A DNA stretch of 64,000 bases from an uncultured Planctomycetota bacterium. GTDB taxonomy: Bacteria; Planctomycetota; Planctomycetia; Gemmatales; Gemmataceae. Under the pieces are notes generated by a model, which saw only the letters and a list, made by a program, of their open reading frames with translations, was not told the origin of the DNA and searched no databases. A program made the position numbers and the translations under genes. Positions 34,831 through 44,048 of the stretch are shown here, piece after piece. The stretch is taken from positions 576,001-640,000 of the forward strand of contig CAWKHF010000002.1 in the NCBI GenBank assembly GCA_963849325.1, read 5' to 3'. The first letter of the stretch is position 1; each line of letters begins with the position of its first letter.

Positions 34831-35474
34831 TTAGCCTCCCTTCTGCTGGGCCTTGCACAGGGCGGCGATGGCGTCGCGCATCTGCTCGTAGGTGCCGCAG
34901 CGGCAGATGTTGCCGGACAGCGCCTTCCTCGATCTCGGCCGGCGTCGCCTTGGGGTTCTTGTCGAAGCCGGCGCGCATGGCCACGACGAAGCCGGGCGTG
35001 CAGAAGCCGCACTGCTGGGCGTCGTGCTGGACGAACGCCGCCGGCACCGCGTCGAGCTTGCCGCCGTCGACGAGGCTCTCGGCCGTCTTGATCTTCTTGC
35101 CCTGCGCTTCGAGCGCGAGCGTGGTGCAGGAGTAGACGGGCTTGCCGTCGAGCAGGACGGTGCAGGCGCCGCAGGTGCCGCGATCGCAGACGCGCTTGCA
35201 GCCGGTGACGTCGAGGTAGTTGCGCAGGGCGTCGAGCAGGGTGACGCGCGGCTCGACGGTGGTGGTCATCTTGGCGCTCGTTGACGTCGAGCGTGAGCTT
35301 GACCGGACCCGGCCCGATGGCCGTGGCCTCGATCTTGGCCGGCGCCGCCTCGGCGACAGGAGCCAGCGGCGCCTCGGCCAGGGCGGCGGTGGCGGCGGCC
35401 GCCCCCGTGCCGCGCAGGAAGTCGCGCCGGGACAGTCCCGGCCCATTCTTGTTGCGTCCCTGTGTGTCGCTCAT
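34831..35474 (-). CDS. 2Fe-2S subunit with Tat signal (PaoA/YagT-like), frameshifted
   Basis: SRRDFL, GCKRVCDRGTCGACTV...SC, QCGFCTPG, GNICRCG. Confidence 0.9.
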
Positions 35475-35547
35475 CAGTTGCGGCCCTCCCCTGGATGGCT
35501 GGGATGAAGACAGTCCGCGATCGCGCAGCCGCGATGGAGATGCGAGG

Positions 35548-35576
35548 ATTCTAAGGGCGGAGCAAGAGGAGAACAA
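35548..35576 (-). promoter_or_regulatory. sigma70-like promoter of the molybdoenzyme operon
   Basis: Minus strand TTGTTC-17 bp-TAGAAT. Confidence 0.5.
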
Positions 35577-35639
35577 GCAAAATGCCTGACTTTTTCCGCG
35601 CGACCGCCGCTTCCGGCGAATAGAAGGACGTGGCTATGC

Positions 35640-36082
35640 TCAGCCCTCTTCGGGAGGGTCTGGCTGCGGAGGGGGCCACTCGTCCCGGACGGGGCACCAC
35701 CCGAACCGGAGGGAGGCGCGGCGGCAGGTCTGGACGGCAAGGCCGCCACTCGCGTCAAGATGTCTCGCAAGACGGCGCCGGGGACGATTCCGGCAACGCT
35801 TTGGACGTCGGCCGGCGCGATGCGGGCGAGCCAGCTACAGACCGCCGCACACTTCCGGTTCAGCCCGGTGCGCGGATGTCCGCGTGCGTGCCAAGGCAGC
35901 AAGACGTGATCGGCGGGTAGTGGTTGCGGAAGTTGGCTGGTGATCGCCACCACGTCCAGCGGTCCCGATGCGGTGATGGGATCGCTGGGCGAGACGATGA
36001 CGACGGGGCGCGCCTTGCGGACGCCATTCGCGTCCGCCAGCTCGGCCCAGACAATGTGACCGCATTGCAGAGGCGGCGTCAT
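35640..36082 (-). CDS. PemK/MazF family toxin (track ORF reads on to 35474; true end probably near 35640)
   Basis: GHIVWAEL......KARPVVIVS....LDVVAITS...TGL....AVC.W. Confidence 0.75.
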
Positions 36083-36100
36083 GGCCTTCCCCCGCCGCCC

Positions 36101-36388
36101 TTAAAACGGTTTGGGCTCTTCGTTGTCAAACCAACTTTGCGGTGGAGGCGAGGACTTGACCAACTGCTCCCAGTCCATTTGAGTAGCCAATCGTTCGGCC
36201 TCCTCCCGTGCAAGCACGTCCTGCATCCATTCCAGATATTCCAGAGGGACGACAGCGGCCAAATCCGCGCCATCGCGACGAACGATGACAGGGCGCCGAT
36301 CCGCGGCGACGCGGCTCAGCACCTCTGCATATTCCTGAACCGCTTGCGGTTCGTCCACGTGTCCCGGCGTCGGTACAGGCAATGACAT
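36101..36388 (-). CDS. Phd/YefM-like antitoxin
   Basis: EVLSRVAADRRPVIVRRDGADLAAVVPLEYLE; GGAGG RBS; directly upstream of the toxin. Confidence 0.75.
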   Translation of the reverse strand: MSLPVPTPGHVDEPQAVQEYAEVLSRVAADRRPVIVRRDGADLAAVVPLEYLEWMQDVLAREEAERLATQMDWEQLVKSSPPPQSWFDNEEPKPF

Positions 36389-36498
36389 GGGTTGGCACCT
36401 CCACGATTCGATCCAGCTCAGAGTCCCTACGCGCAAGTTATCCCACCTGGCGATCGGCAGCAAGCTCGGACTCGAAAGGATGCGACGCGGTAATCCTT

Positions 36499-37332
36499 TC
36501 AGTCGTGCCAGTCCAGATCGGCAGCGTCGAAAACGGGTCCATCCACGCACACCCGCCGATAGTCCCAACTCTCGGCGGTGCGGACGCGCGTCACGCAGCT
36601 GAAACAGATGCCGACGCCGCAAGCCATCGGCGTCTCCAGCGATAAATGACAAGGCACGCCCCAGCGCCGGGCCAGGTTCGACAATGCTCGCAGCATCGGC
36701 TCGGGACCACAACCGATGAGATGCCGCGGCGGCGCGTGCTGTTGGAGCAACTGCGTCACGAAGCCGCGGAAGCCGAGCGTGCCGTCGTCGCTGGCGAGAT
36801 GGACGGTCGCCCCGGCACTGCGGAAATCCTCGACGCCGGCGGCGAGGTCGGCTGTACGCACGCCGTAATAGAGGGAGACGCGCTCGGCCGCGCGGCGCGG
36901 CGGACGACCGCCGTAACCGCGCGTGCCCAGCAGATCGCGGACGTGAGCGAGGAACGGCGTTTGGCCGATGCCGCCGGCGACGAGGGCGACATGATCGAGG
37001 TCGTGCAGGTCGGGGAAACCGTTGCCCAGCGGTCCCCACACCTCGACCCGATCGCCGGCTCGTAGCGCCGCCAGCAAGCCGGTCAGCTTGCCGACGATGA
37101 GATAGACCACATCAATGGCTACGGATTGACCCGCGCCGTCGAGAACGGTGTCGTACAGGGCGAAGGGCCGGCCCAGCAGCGGATCGCTGGGACCGGGCAG
37201 ACGGATCATGACAAACTGGCCGGGGCGGATGGCGCGGGCCAACTCGGGACTGTGCAGACGAATGCGGTAGGTCTGGCGAGCGAGCGGGACGTTCTCGCGC
37301 ACCTCGACGGCGGCATGGACGAGCGGCGTCAT
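36499..37332 (-). CDS. pyrK: dihydroorotate dehydrogenase electron transfer subunit
   Basis: PGQFVM, GPLGNGF, AGGIG, CGPEPML, LETPMACGVGICFSC, VCVDGPVF. Confidence 0.9.
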   Translation of the reverse strand: MTPLVHAAVEVRENVPLARQTYRIRLHSPELARAIRPGQFVMIRLPGPSDPLLGRPFALYDTVLDGAGQSVAIDVVYLIVGKLTGLLAALRAGDRVEVWGPLGNGFPDLHDLDHVALVAGGIGQTPFLAHVRDLLGTRGYGGRPPRRAAERVSLYYGVRTADLAAGVEDFRSAGATVHLASDDGTLGFRGFVTQLLQQHAPPRHLIGCGPEPMLRALSNLARRWGVPCHLSLETPMACGVGICFSCVTRVRTAESWDYRRVCVDGPVFDAADLDWHD

Positions 37333-38100
37333 GTCGTCGGCCTGGAGGTTTCGGATTTCGGATTTCGTGCTTCGGATTTCCGCGTCGCGGCTCGGCGGAG
37401 ACGTTCGAGTTCCTCACCCTTGAGCCGCCGAGCCTTGCCGCGCGGCAGACGGTCGAGACGGACGGGCCCGATGGCGGTGCGACGCAGGACCATGACCTTG
37501 TGGCCCAGGCGGGCCAACATGCGGCGGACCTCGCGGTTCTTGCCCTCGTTGAGCACGATCTCCAGCCAGGTGCTTTCGCCCTGCGATTTGAGGCGCTTGA
37601 CGCGGCGGGCGCGGACATGGCCGTCGCTGAGCCAAACGCCCTTGAGCAGCTGCTGCAAGTCCTCGGCGTCGGGATGGCCGGCGACTTGCACCAGGTACGT
37701 CTTCTCGACGCCGAAGCGCGGGTGCATCAGGCGGTTGGCCAGGTCGCCGTCGTTGGTCAACAGCAGCAAGCCCTCGCTGTCCTCGTCGAGCCGGCCGACG
37801 GTGTAGACGCGCTGGCGGACGTGCGGCACGCAGATCGACGGCGCGCGGCCGGCCGGCGGGATCGTGATTGGTGCACAGGTAGCCGCGCGGCTTGTTGACC
37901 AGCCAGTAGACGAGCTTTTCGCCGTGCAGCGGCTGGCCGTCCACGCACACGGCCGCATCGGGTTCGACTTTCGTGCCCAGCTCGCGGACGGTTCGCCCGT
38001 CGACGGTGACGCGGCCGCGGAGGATCAGTTCTTCACAGTGGCGGCGCGAGCCGACGCCGGCGTGAGCCAGGAATTTGTTGAGGCGTTCCATGACCGTCAT
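37329..38100 (-). CDS. rRNA pseudouridine synthase (RsuA/RluB family), frameshifted
   Basis: [16 protein letters not shown] (S4 domain), [33 protein letters not shown]. Confidence 0.92.
37348..37380. repeat. heptamer (TTCGGAT) tandem repeat inside the 3' end of the pseudouridine synthase gene
   Basis: GTTTCGGATTTCGGATTTCGTGCTTCGGATTTC. Confidence 0.7.
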
Positions 38101-38287
38101 TGTAGCGAACGAGAAAGGGATGAGGAGTCAGAGGCAGCGTTTCACGTATTCGCTATGTCGGACCTGCCTTGCTGTTCCCGCTCAGCAAAGGGACAGCTTT
38201 TTCTTGGCGGCGATTGAACCGCGCGAGGATTGGCTTCGACTAGCAGAGAAGAAGTCCATCCGGCGGACCTGCACAGAGGTGGAAACC

Positions 38288-38851
38288 ATGACGGAAGCGG
38301 TGCGCCGCGCACGTGAGGAATGGCTCGTCCTCCGCTGTCAACTCGGCGAGCCGGAAGCGTTCGCCGAACTGGTCCGCGAGATGGAGCGGCCACTCCTGTA
38401 CTACGCGACGAAGCTCCTAAAGGACGAAAACAAGGCGTTCGACGTGCTCCAGGAGGTTTGGCTCACCGTCTTCCGGCAGGTGCGCCGATTGCGCGAGCCA
38501 CGGACGTTGCGGACCTGGCTCTATCGCATTGCGCACGGCCGGATCGTGGATCACATTCGCCAGGATTTGTCGCGCGGGAAGATCGAGAAGGCGCGAGCGG
38601 ATGCTCTGATGGAGGCGGAGGAGGGACCATCGTTCCGCGACGAGGACGCCGCCGCGATTCATCAAGCCCTCGATACGATCGATGCCCGGCATCGCGAAGT
38701 GCTCGTCCTGCACTTTCTGGAAGAGTTGTCGGTGGCGGAGGTGGCGTCCATCGTCGGCTGTCCGGAGGGCACGGTGAAATCGCGGATCCACCATGCCAAG
38801 AAAGCCTTGAAAGACGCCCTGGTGCGAGGTGGTTATGGGACCGAATCGTGA
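38288..38851 (+). CDS. ECF RNA polymerase sigma factor
   Basis: DVLQEVW, RTWLYRIA, HREVLVL, GCPEGTVKSRIH. Confidence 0.92.
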   Translation: MTEAVRRAREEWLVLRCQLGEPEAFAELVREMERPLLYYATKLLKDENKAFDVLQEVWLTVFRQVRRLREPRTLRTWLYRIAHGRIVDHIRQDLSRGKIEKARADALMEAEEGPSFRDEDAAAIHQALDTIDARHREVLVLHFLEELSVAEVASIVGCPEGTVKSRIHHAKKALKDALVRGGYGTES

Positions 38852-39242
38852 CAGCTTGCGCGACCGTCTGCTGGCGCAGTCCGTGCCGCAAGCGCAAAAA
38901 CTCGATGCGTATCGAAAGGAGGTTCAGGCCATGTTGGAACGCAATGAGAAACTACTCCGTCGGGAGAAGTGGGGTGTCACCGTGTTTTGGTTCGTGGCCG
39001 TGGTTTGCTTGACCGGCTTCCTCCTGTGGATGGGCTTTACGAACCCTATCGGAATGGACCCGAAGAGCTTGTCTTTCGCATCCATCGCTGCCTCCGTGCT
39101 TGTGATGGTCCTCTACGGGAGCCTTGAGTTGCTGAAACACTTCATCAACCGCAGCCGCGTAGAGATCCTCAAGGAAGTGAAAGGCATCGAGATCCAGCTT
39201 CTGGAGTTGCGCGAAGAGATGCGAACACGAAACAGCTCGTGA
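38835..39242 (+). CDS. two-TM membrane protein coupled to the ECF sigma (putative anti-sigma)
   Basis: Overlaps the sigma gene end; two hydrophobic segments and a C-terminal coiled coil. Confidence 0.65.
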   Translation: MGPNRDSLRDRLLAQSVPQAQKLDAYRKEVQAMLERNEKLLRREKWGVTVFWFVAVVCLTGFLLWMGFTNPIGMDPKSLSFASIAASVLVMVLYGSLELLKHFINRSRVEILKEVKGIEIQLLELREEMRTRNSS

Positions 39243-39256
39243 GTCCGTCGATGACC

Positions 39257-39299
39257 GCTCGCAGCGTCCGCAGGGGGCGCCCTTGCGGACGCTGCGGGC
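39257..39299. terminator. palindrome between convergent genes
   Basis: CGCAGCGTCCGCAGGG...CCTTGCGGACGCTGCG. Confidence 0.65.
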
Positions 39300-39310
39300 T
39301 AGTAAATTCC

Positions 39311-40051
39311 TCACACGCCCAGCGATTGCTTGAGATAACGCAATTCCTGCTGCAACTCGGCGACCGTCTGTTTCAGCGCCGCGATTTCGTCGTGCACCGT
39401 TCGCAGATCGGACTCCAACTCGGCTAACCGTTCGTCCGGACGGGAGGGAGTCACGGGAGGCGCGGCCGAGCGCGGCGACTCGAAGGCCGGTTCGGCGGCA
39501 ATCCTCGTCCGTAGGCGCTCCAGCTCGCGCGAATCGTGAAAACCGTGCGTCAGCATGGCGCCGCGCCGTTCCTCCGCCGTCAGGTAGACGACCAGCTTGC
39601 GCTCGACCAGCGGACGCAGCACGTTGCGCAGGGCGTCGAGGTCGTCGATCGGCTCCATGCGGCTGGCCCGGCCGCGCAGCTCGCCCTCGGTCTGCGGGCC
39701 GCGCAGCAGCAACTCGCCCAGCACGGCCAGATCGACCTTGTCCACGTGCCAGGCTTCGTAGAGGTTGTGCTTCCAGCGGATGACCCGGCCGCCGGTGATC
39801 TTGATGGCCAGACCCTTCTTCTGGCAGCGGACCAGCGTGTCCTCGACGTCGAGGTCGGACAGGTTGAGGAGCGGATCGCGGTTGGATTTCTGATTGCAGC
39901 CTGTAACCAGGGCGTTGATGCTCAGGGGATAGGTGTCGGGCGTGGTCTTGGCCTTCTCGACGAGGACGCCCAGCACGCGCCGCTCTTGCATGTCCAGGAC
40001 CGGCCAGGGGCCGGCCGCGCCGGGCGTAACCGCTTCCGTTTCGGGTGACAT
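39311..40051 (-). CDS. DUF480/YceH family protein
   Basis: RVLGVLVEKAKTTPDTYPLSINALVTGCNQKSNRDP, LLLRGPQT.GELRGRASRM. Confidence 0.92.
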   Translation of the reverse strand: MSPETEAVTPGAAGPWPVLDMQERRVLGVLVEKAKTTPDTYPLSINALVTGCNQKSNRDPLLNLSDLDVEDTLVRCQKKGLAIKITGGRVIRWKHNLYEAWHVDKVDLAVLGELLLRGPQTEGELRGRASRMEPIDDLDALRNVLRPLVERKLVVYLTAEERRGAMLTHGFHDSRELERLRTRIAAEPAFESPRSAAPPVTPSRPDERLAELESDLRTVHDEIAALKQTVAELQQELRYLKQSLGV

Positions 40052-40080
40052 GCGATCTCCTTATCTATCCATTGTTTTCA

Positions 40081-40137
40081 TTTCGCGGCGGCTTGCAGAG
40101 CCGCGCAGGGAGCGCGGCTCTGCAAGCCGCCGCGAAA
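40081..40137. repeat. REP-like palindrome
   Basis: TTTCGCGGCGGCTTGCAGAGCCGCGC...GCGCGGCTCTGCAAGCCGCCGCGAAA; a half copy CTCTGCAAGCCGCC occurs near 28895. Confidence 0.8.
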
Positions 40138-40141
40138 CAAT

Positions 40142-41606
40142 CTACCCCTTGAGAAACTCCCTCCTGTGCCGTTTGTACGCCTCGACGCCCGGCTGGCCAT
40201 ACGGATTGACGCCCATCAGCCGCCCTTCAACGACCGTGGCCAGCATGAGCATCTGCAACAGCTGCCCCATCGTGTGCTCCGACAGCGTCGGCAGTACCAG
40301 GTCCGCCGTCGGCCGAGCCGCCTCGTGGTACGCCTGGTTGGCGCCGCGCAGCGCCGCGCCCAGGATGTCCGGCAGCCCCTTGCGATTGTACTGGTTCAGT
40401 TCGTCCTCGTTGTGGTCGGCCATCTGCACGAGGATGGGCACCGCCTTGGCGTTCTTAACGACGAGGTTATTGATGAGCCGATCGCGCGGCCCGTCCTGGT
40501 GTTGCTGGCCGCGAGCATGCAGGTCGCGGGAGCCAACCATCGTCAACGGCGTCGGGCCACGCCCCTGCTTGCCCAGACTTTGGGCCACCAGCTGATCGTA
40601 CCAATGGCCCACCGCTTCGAGCTTTTTCGACCACACCGACAGAACGCGCAGCGGCTTGTGATATTCCTCGGCCATCAGGTAATTGACGCCGGCGAATTGC
40701 AATACCGGGTTGCGCTCGAACGGCTCTTCGAGGAAGCGCTTGGTCATCGCGGCGGCGCCGAGCAGCAGGGCGCGCACGTCCAGGCCCATGACGGCGGCGG
40801 GCAGCAGACCGGCGGCGGTGAAGACGGAGAAACCCGCGCCGACGTTGTCCGGTGCGGTCAAAACGTCCGCGTCGCCGTGGCCGTGCGGCTCCGAACAGCC
40901 GGCGCAGCGGACTCTCGCCGGCGGTAACGGCCGCGAACAGCTCCGTCAGCCATTCCGAGCGCAGACCGTAATACTCGGCCGCCTCGCGGCGAAAGACGCG
41001 CAGGGCGACGCCCGGCTCCAGTGCGTCGCCGTCCTTGTCCACGGCCACGACCGCCCAGCGCTCCTCGCGCTGGTCGGGATCGACGCAGGTGATTTGCAGC
41101 AGATCGAGCAGGTTTTGCAGGGCGTCGTTGTCGGCGCTGTCGCCCTCGAAGTAGATACGCGGCACGCCCAGCCGCGTCTCGGGCGGCAACTCGTTGTGAT
41201 AGCGGCTGCACAGGGCCTCGAAGAGCGCGCGCGGACCCAGCACGTCGCCGCCGATGCCGAGAAAGACGACGCGATCGACCTGTTCGCGCAGGCGGGCGGC
41301 CAGGCGCAGGACGCGGCCGAGGTCGCTGGCCTCGCCCTTGCGGCGGTGATTGTCGAGGGTGGTCTGCGGCAGGTCGATGAAGCCGGCGTCCAGCGGCTGC
41401 ATCTCCGGCGGCACGTTGCGCATCTCGCGCTCGGCGGCCACCTGGCTGCGGCACTGCATCAACCGCGGAACCAGTTCCTTGAGCCGGCCTGGAGACAGGC
41501 AGTGACGGGCGCGCAGCTCGGCGACCGCGTCCCACTCCTCCCCTGCCGGTGCAAACAGTGATTGGTAGTGATAGGTGACTGCTTCATCGGGCAGTTCCAT
41601 GCTCAT
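40142..41606 (-). CDS. glucose-6-phosphate isomerase homolog with altered active-site motifs, frameshifted
   Basis: GFIDLP, LGIGG, QL...SLGK, DLH..GQ, QPGVEAYK indicate the PGI fold, but GIGGD, DKDG and QLVAQ deviate from the consensus. Confidence 0.85.
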
Positions 41607-41799
41607 GAAAGGCACCTCTCGCGGAGACGGCCGAGCGCGCCCGGCCGGAGCGAATCGAACGCCATCGGCTCTCCCGAGAGGAGGGGGACTCGAATCGGAC
41701 GGCGAGCGCCGCCGCTCGAACCGAGCTGCTGAGGGAGAGGGGCAAAAAACCGCTCGTCGATACTATACTTCCGAAGTTGGGGTCGGTAAACTCCAGGAC

Positions 41800-43006
41800 A
41801 TGAACATGCACGAATTGATGCGCGAGCTGCGCGAAGACAACGCCACGAAAATCGTCCTGGTGGTGGCCGACGGCCTGGGCGGACTGCCCCTGGAGCCGGG
41901 CGGCAAGACCGAGCTGGAGACGGCGCGGACGCCGAACCTCGACGCCTGCGCCCGCGACGGCGTGTGCGGCCTGAGTATGCCGGTGTTGCCGGGCATCACG
42001 CCGGGCAGCGGGCCGGGCCATCTCGGCCTGTTCGGCTACGACCCGCTGGAGTACCGCATCGGTCGCGGCATCCTGGAGGCGCTGGGCATTCACTTCGAGG
42101 TCGGCCCGCGCGACGTGGCCACACGCGGCAACTTCTGCACGCTCGACGCCAAGGGTCTCATCAGCGACCGCCGCGCCGGCCGGCCGACGACGGAGCGCTG
42201 CGTCGAGATGTGCAAACGGCTGCAAACGATTCGCGTACCCGGCGTCGAGATGTTCGTCGAGCCGGTGCGCGAACATCGCTTCGTCGTCGTCTTCCGCGGC
42301 GAGGAACTGGGCGACGCGGTCAACGACACCGATCCGCAGCAGACCGGCCACGCTCCGCTGTCGGCCAAGGGCGCCGACGCCGCCTCGCAGAAAACAGCCG
42401 ACGCCGTCAATCGCTTCGTCGCCGAGGCCAACAAGGTGCTCCACGAGCACGCTCCGACCAACGGCGTGACGCTGCGCGGCTTCGCTCGCTATCCCAAGAT
42501 CGCCACCATGCAGCGACCTCTACGGCCTGCGCGCCGCGGCCATCGCCGTCTATCCGATGTACAAGGGTCTGGCCCGCCTTGTCGGCATGGACGTGCTCGA
42601 CGCCGGCTCGACGCTCAACGATCAGGTAGCGACGCTCCAGCGCGTCTGGGGCCAGTACGATTTCTTCTTCCTGCACTACAAGTACACCGACAGCACCGGC
42701 GAGGACGGCAACTTCGCGGCCAAGGTCGAGATGATCGAGCGCTTCGACGCCGAGATCGCCAAGGTGCGGGCGCTGGAGCCGGACGTGTTCATCGTCACCG
42801 GCGATCACAGTACGCCGAGCAAGCTCAAGAGTCACAGCTGGCATCCGGTGCCGGTGGTGCTGGTGGCGAAGTCGTGCCGGACGGACGCCGTGACGGAGTT
42901 TGGCGAGTCGCAATGTCTGCGTGGCGGACTGGGCCAGTTCCAGGCGATGTATCTGCTGCCGTTGGCGATGGCCCACGCCGGCCGGCTGGGCAAGTACGGG
43001 GCATGA
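41800..43006 (+). CDS. apgM: 2,3-bisphosphoglycerate-independent phosphoglycerate mutase (ApgM type), frameshifted
   Basis: VADGLGG, TELETARTPNLD, PGSGPGHL, RGNF, FLHYKYTDS.GEDG, VTGDHSTP, HSWHPVP. Confidence 0.92.
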
Positions 43007-43893
43007 CGTGGCCGATTTCCTCGAGCGCTGCATTCCGGCCGCGTGCTGCTGATGGACGGCGCGATGGGCACCCAGTTGCAGCGCAGGGGGTTGCCGTCCG
43101 GCGCAGTGCGGCGAAGCGTGGAACACGAGGCGCCCGGCAACGGTACGAGCTGTCCATGACAGCTATGTTGCCGCCGGCGCCGAACGTCCTCCTGACGAAC
43201 ACCTTTCAATCGCATTCCCTTCGCCTCGCCCACTTCGGGCTGGGAGAACGCCTGGAGGAGATCAACGGAGGGGCCGTGCGCCTGGCGCGCCAGGCGGCCG
43301 AACGTTCGCGCTTTGTCCTCGGCGATATCGGCCCCATCATCCATCCGAACGAGAAGGAGGAATTCACGGATGCCAAGCTGCTGGGGCGAGTGCTCGCCTC
43401 TCTGGATGGAGTCGATGGCTTTCTGTTCGAGACGTGCTCCAGTCCGCGCGCTCTCTCGGCGGTGCAATACGCCTTCCATCGCGTCGCCGAGGTCGAGACG
43501 CCGCTGCTGTTGTCGCTGACCTATCTCCGCTCGCCGACGGGCCAACTCGTCACACGCAGCGGCCATGCGCCCGAAACATATGCTCGGCACGCGGAACGTC
43601 ATGGCGTCGCCGCCCTGGGCGTCAACTGCGGCCGCGACATCGACATGGACGACATCCTCGACATCATCCGCCGCTATCGCCGCGTCACGGACTTGCCGCT
43701 GTTCGCCCGGCCCAATGCGGGAACGCCCACCAAACAAGGCGAGCGCTGGATCTATCCGCACACGCCGCAGGCGATGGCGACGCGACTGCCGGAATTGCTG
43801 GACGCCGGTGTGAGCATGGTCGGCGGTTGTTGCGGCACCACGCCCGAACACATTGCGGCGTTCCGCGTCGTTCTTGCGGAGCGTGCTGGTTAG
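43003..43893 (+). CDS. homocysteine S-methyltransferase family protein, frameshifted
   Basis: LMDGAMGTQL, TNTF, GDIGP, ET, GVNC, PNAG, VGGCCGTTPEHI. Confidence 0.88.
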   Translation: MTWPISSSAAFRPRAADGRRDGHPVAAQGVAVRRSAAKRGTRGARQRYELSMTAMLPPAPNVLLTNTFQSHSLRLAHFGLGERLEEINGGAVRLARQAAERSRFVLGDIGPIIHPNEKEEFTDAKLLGRVLASLDGVDGFLFETCSSPRALSAVQYAFHRVAEVETPLLLSLTYLRSPTGQLVTRSGHAPETYARHAERHGVAALGVNCGRDIDMDDILDIIRRYRRVTDLPLFARPNAGTPTKQGERWIYPHTPQAMATRLPELLDAGVSMVGGCCGTTPEHIAAFRVVLAERAG

Positions 43894-43912
43894 GACTTAT
43901 TCACAAATAACT

Positions 43913-43981
43913 TCGTTTAGCCGCGACGCGCAGCGGAGCGCGATGCAGACCCGCGCTCCGCTGCGCGTCGCGGCTAAACGA
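43913..43981. repeat. REP-like palindrome family A, copy 2
   Basis: Same arms as 22412-22475 with a different loop. Confidence 0.9.
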
Positions 43982-44048
43982 GGATTTTGACCGAGCAAGT
44001 TTGTTCCCCAAGCCGCTGGCGACCGCCAGCGGCTTGGAGGACCAATTC

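Noticed and set aside
41575-43893. 772-aa phosphoglycerate mutase-homocysteine methyltransferase fusion
   Set aside because: The middle of the ORF is out-of-frame nonsense; the real apgM C-terminus is in 42557..43006 and ends with an ATGA overlap
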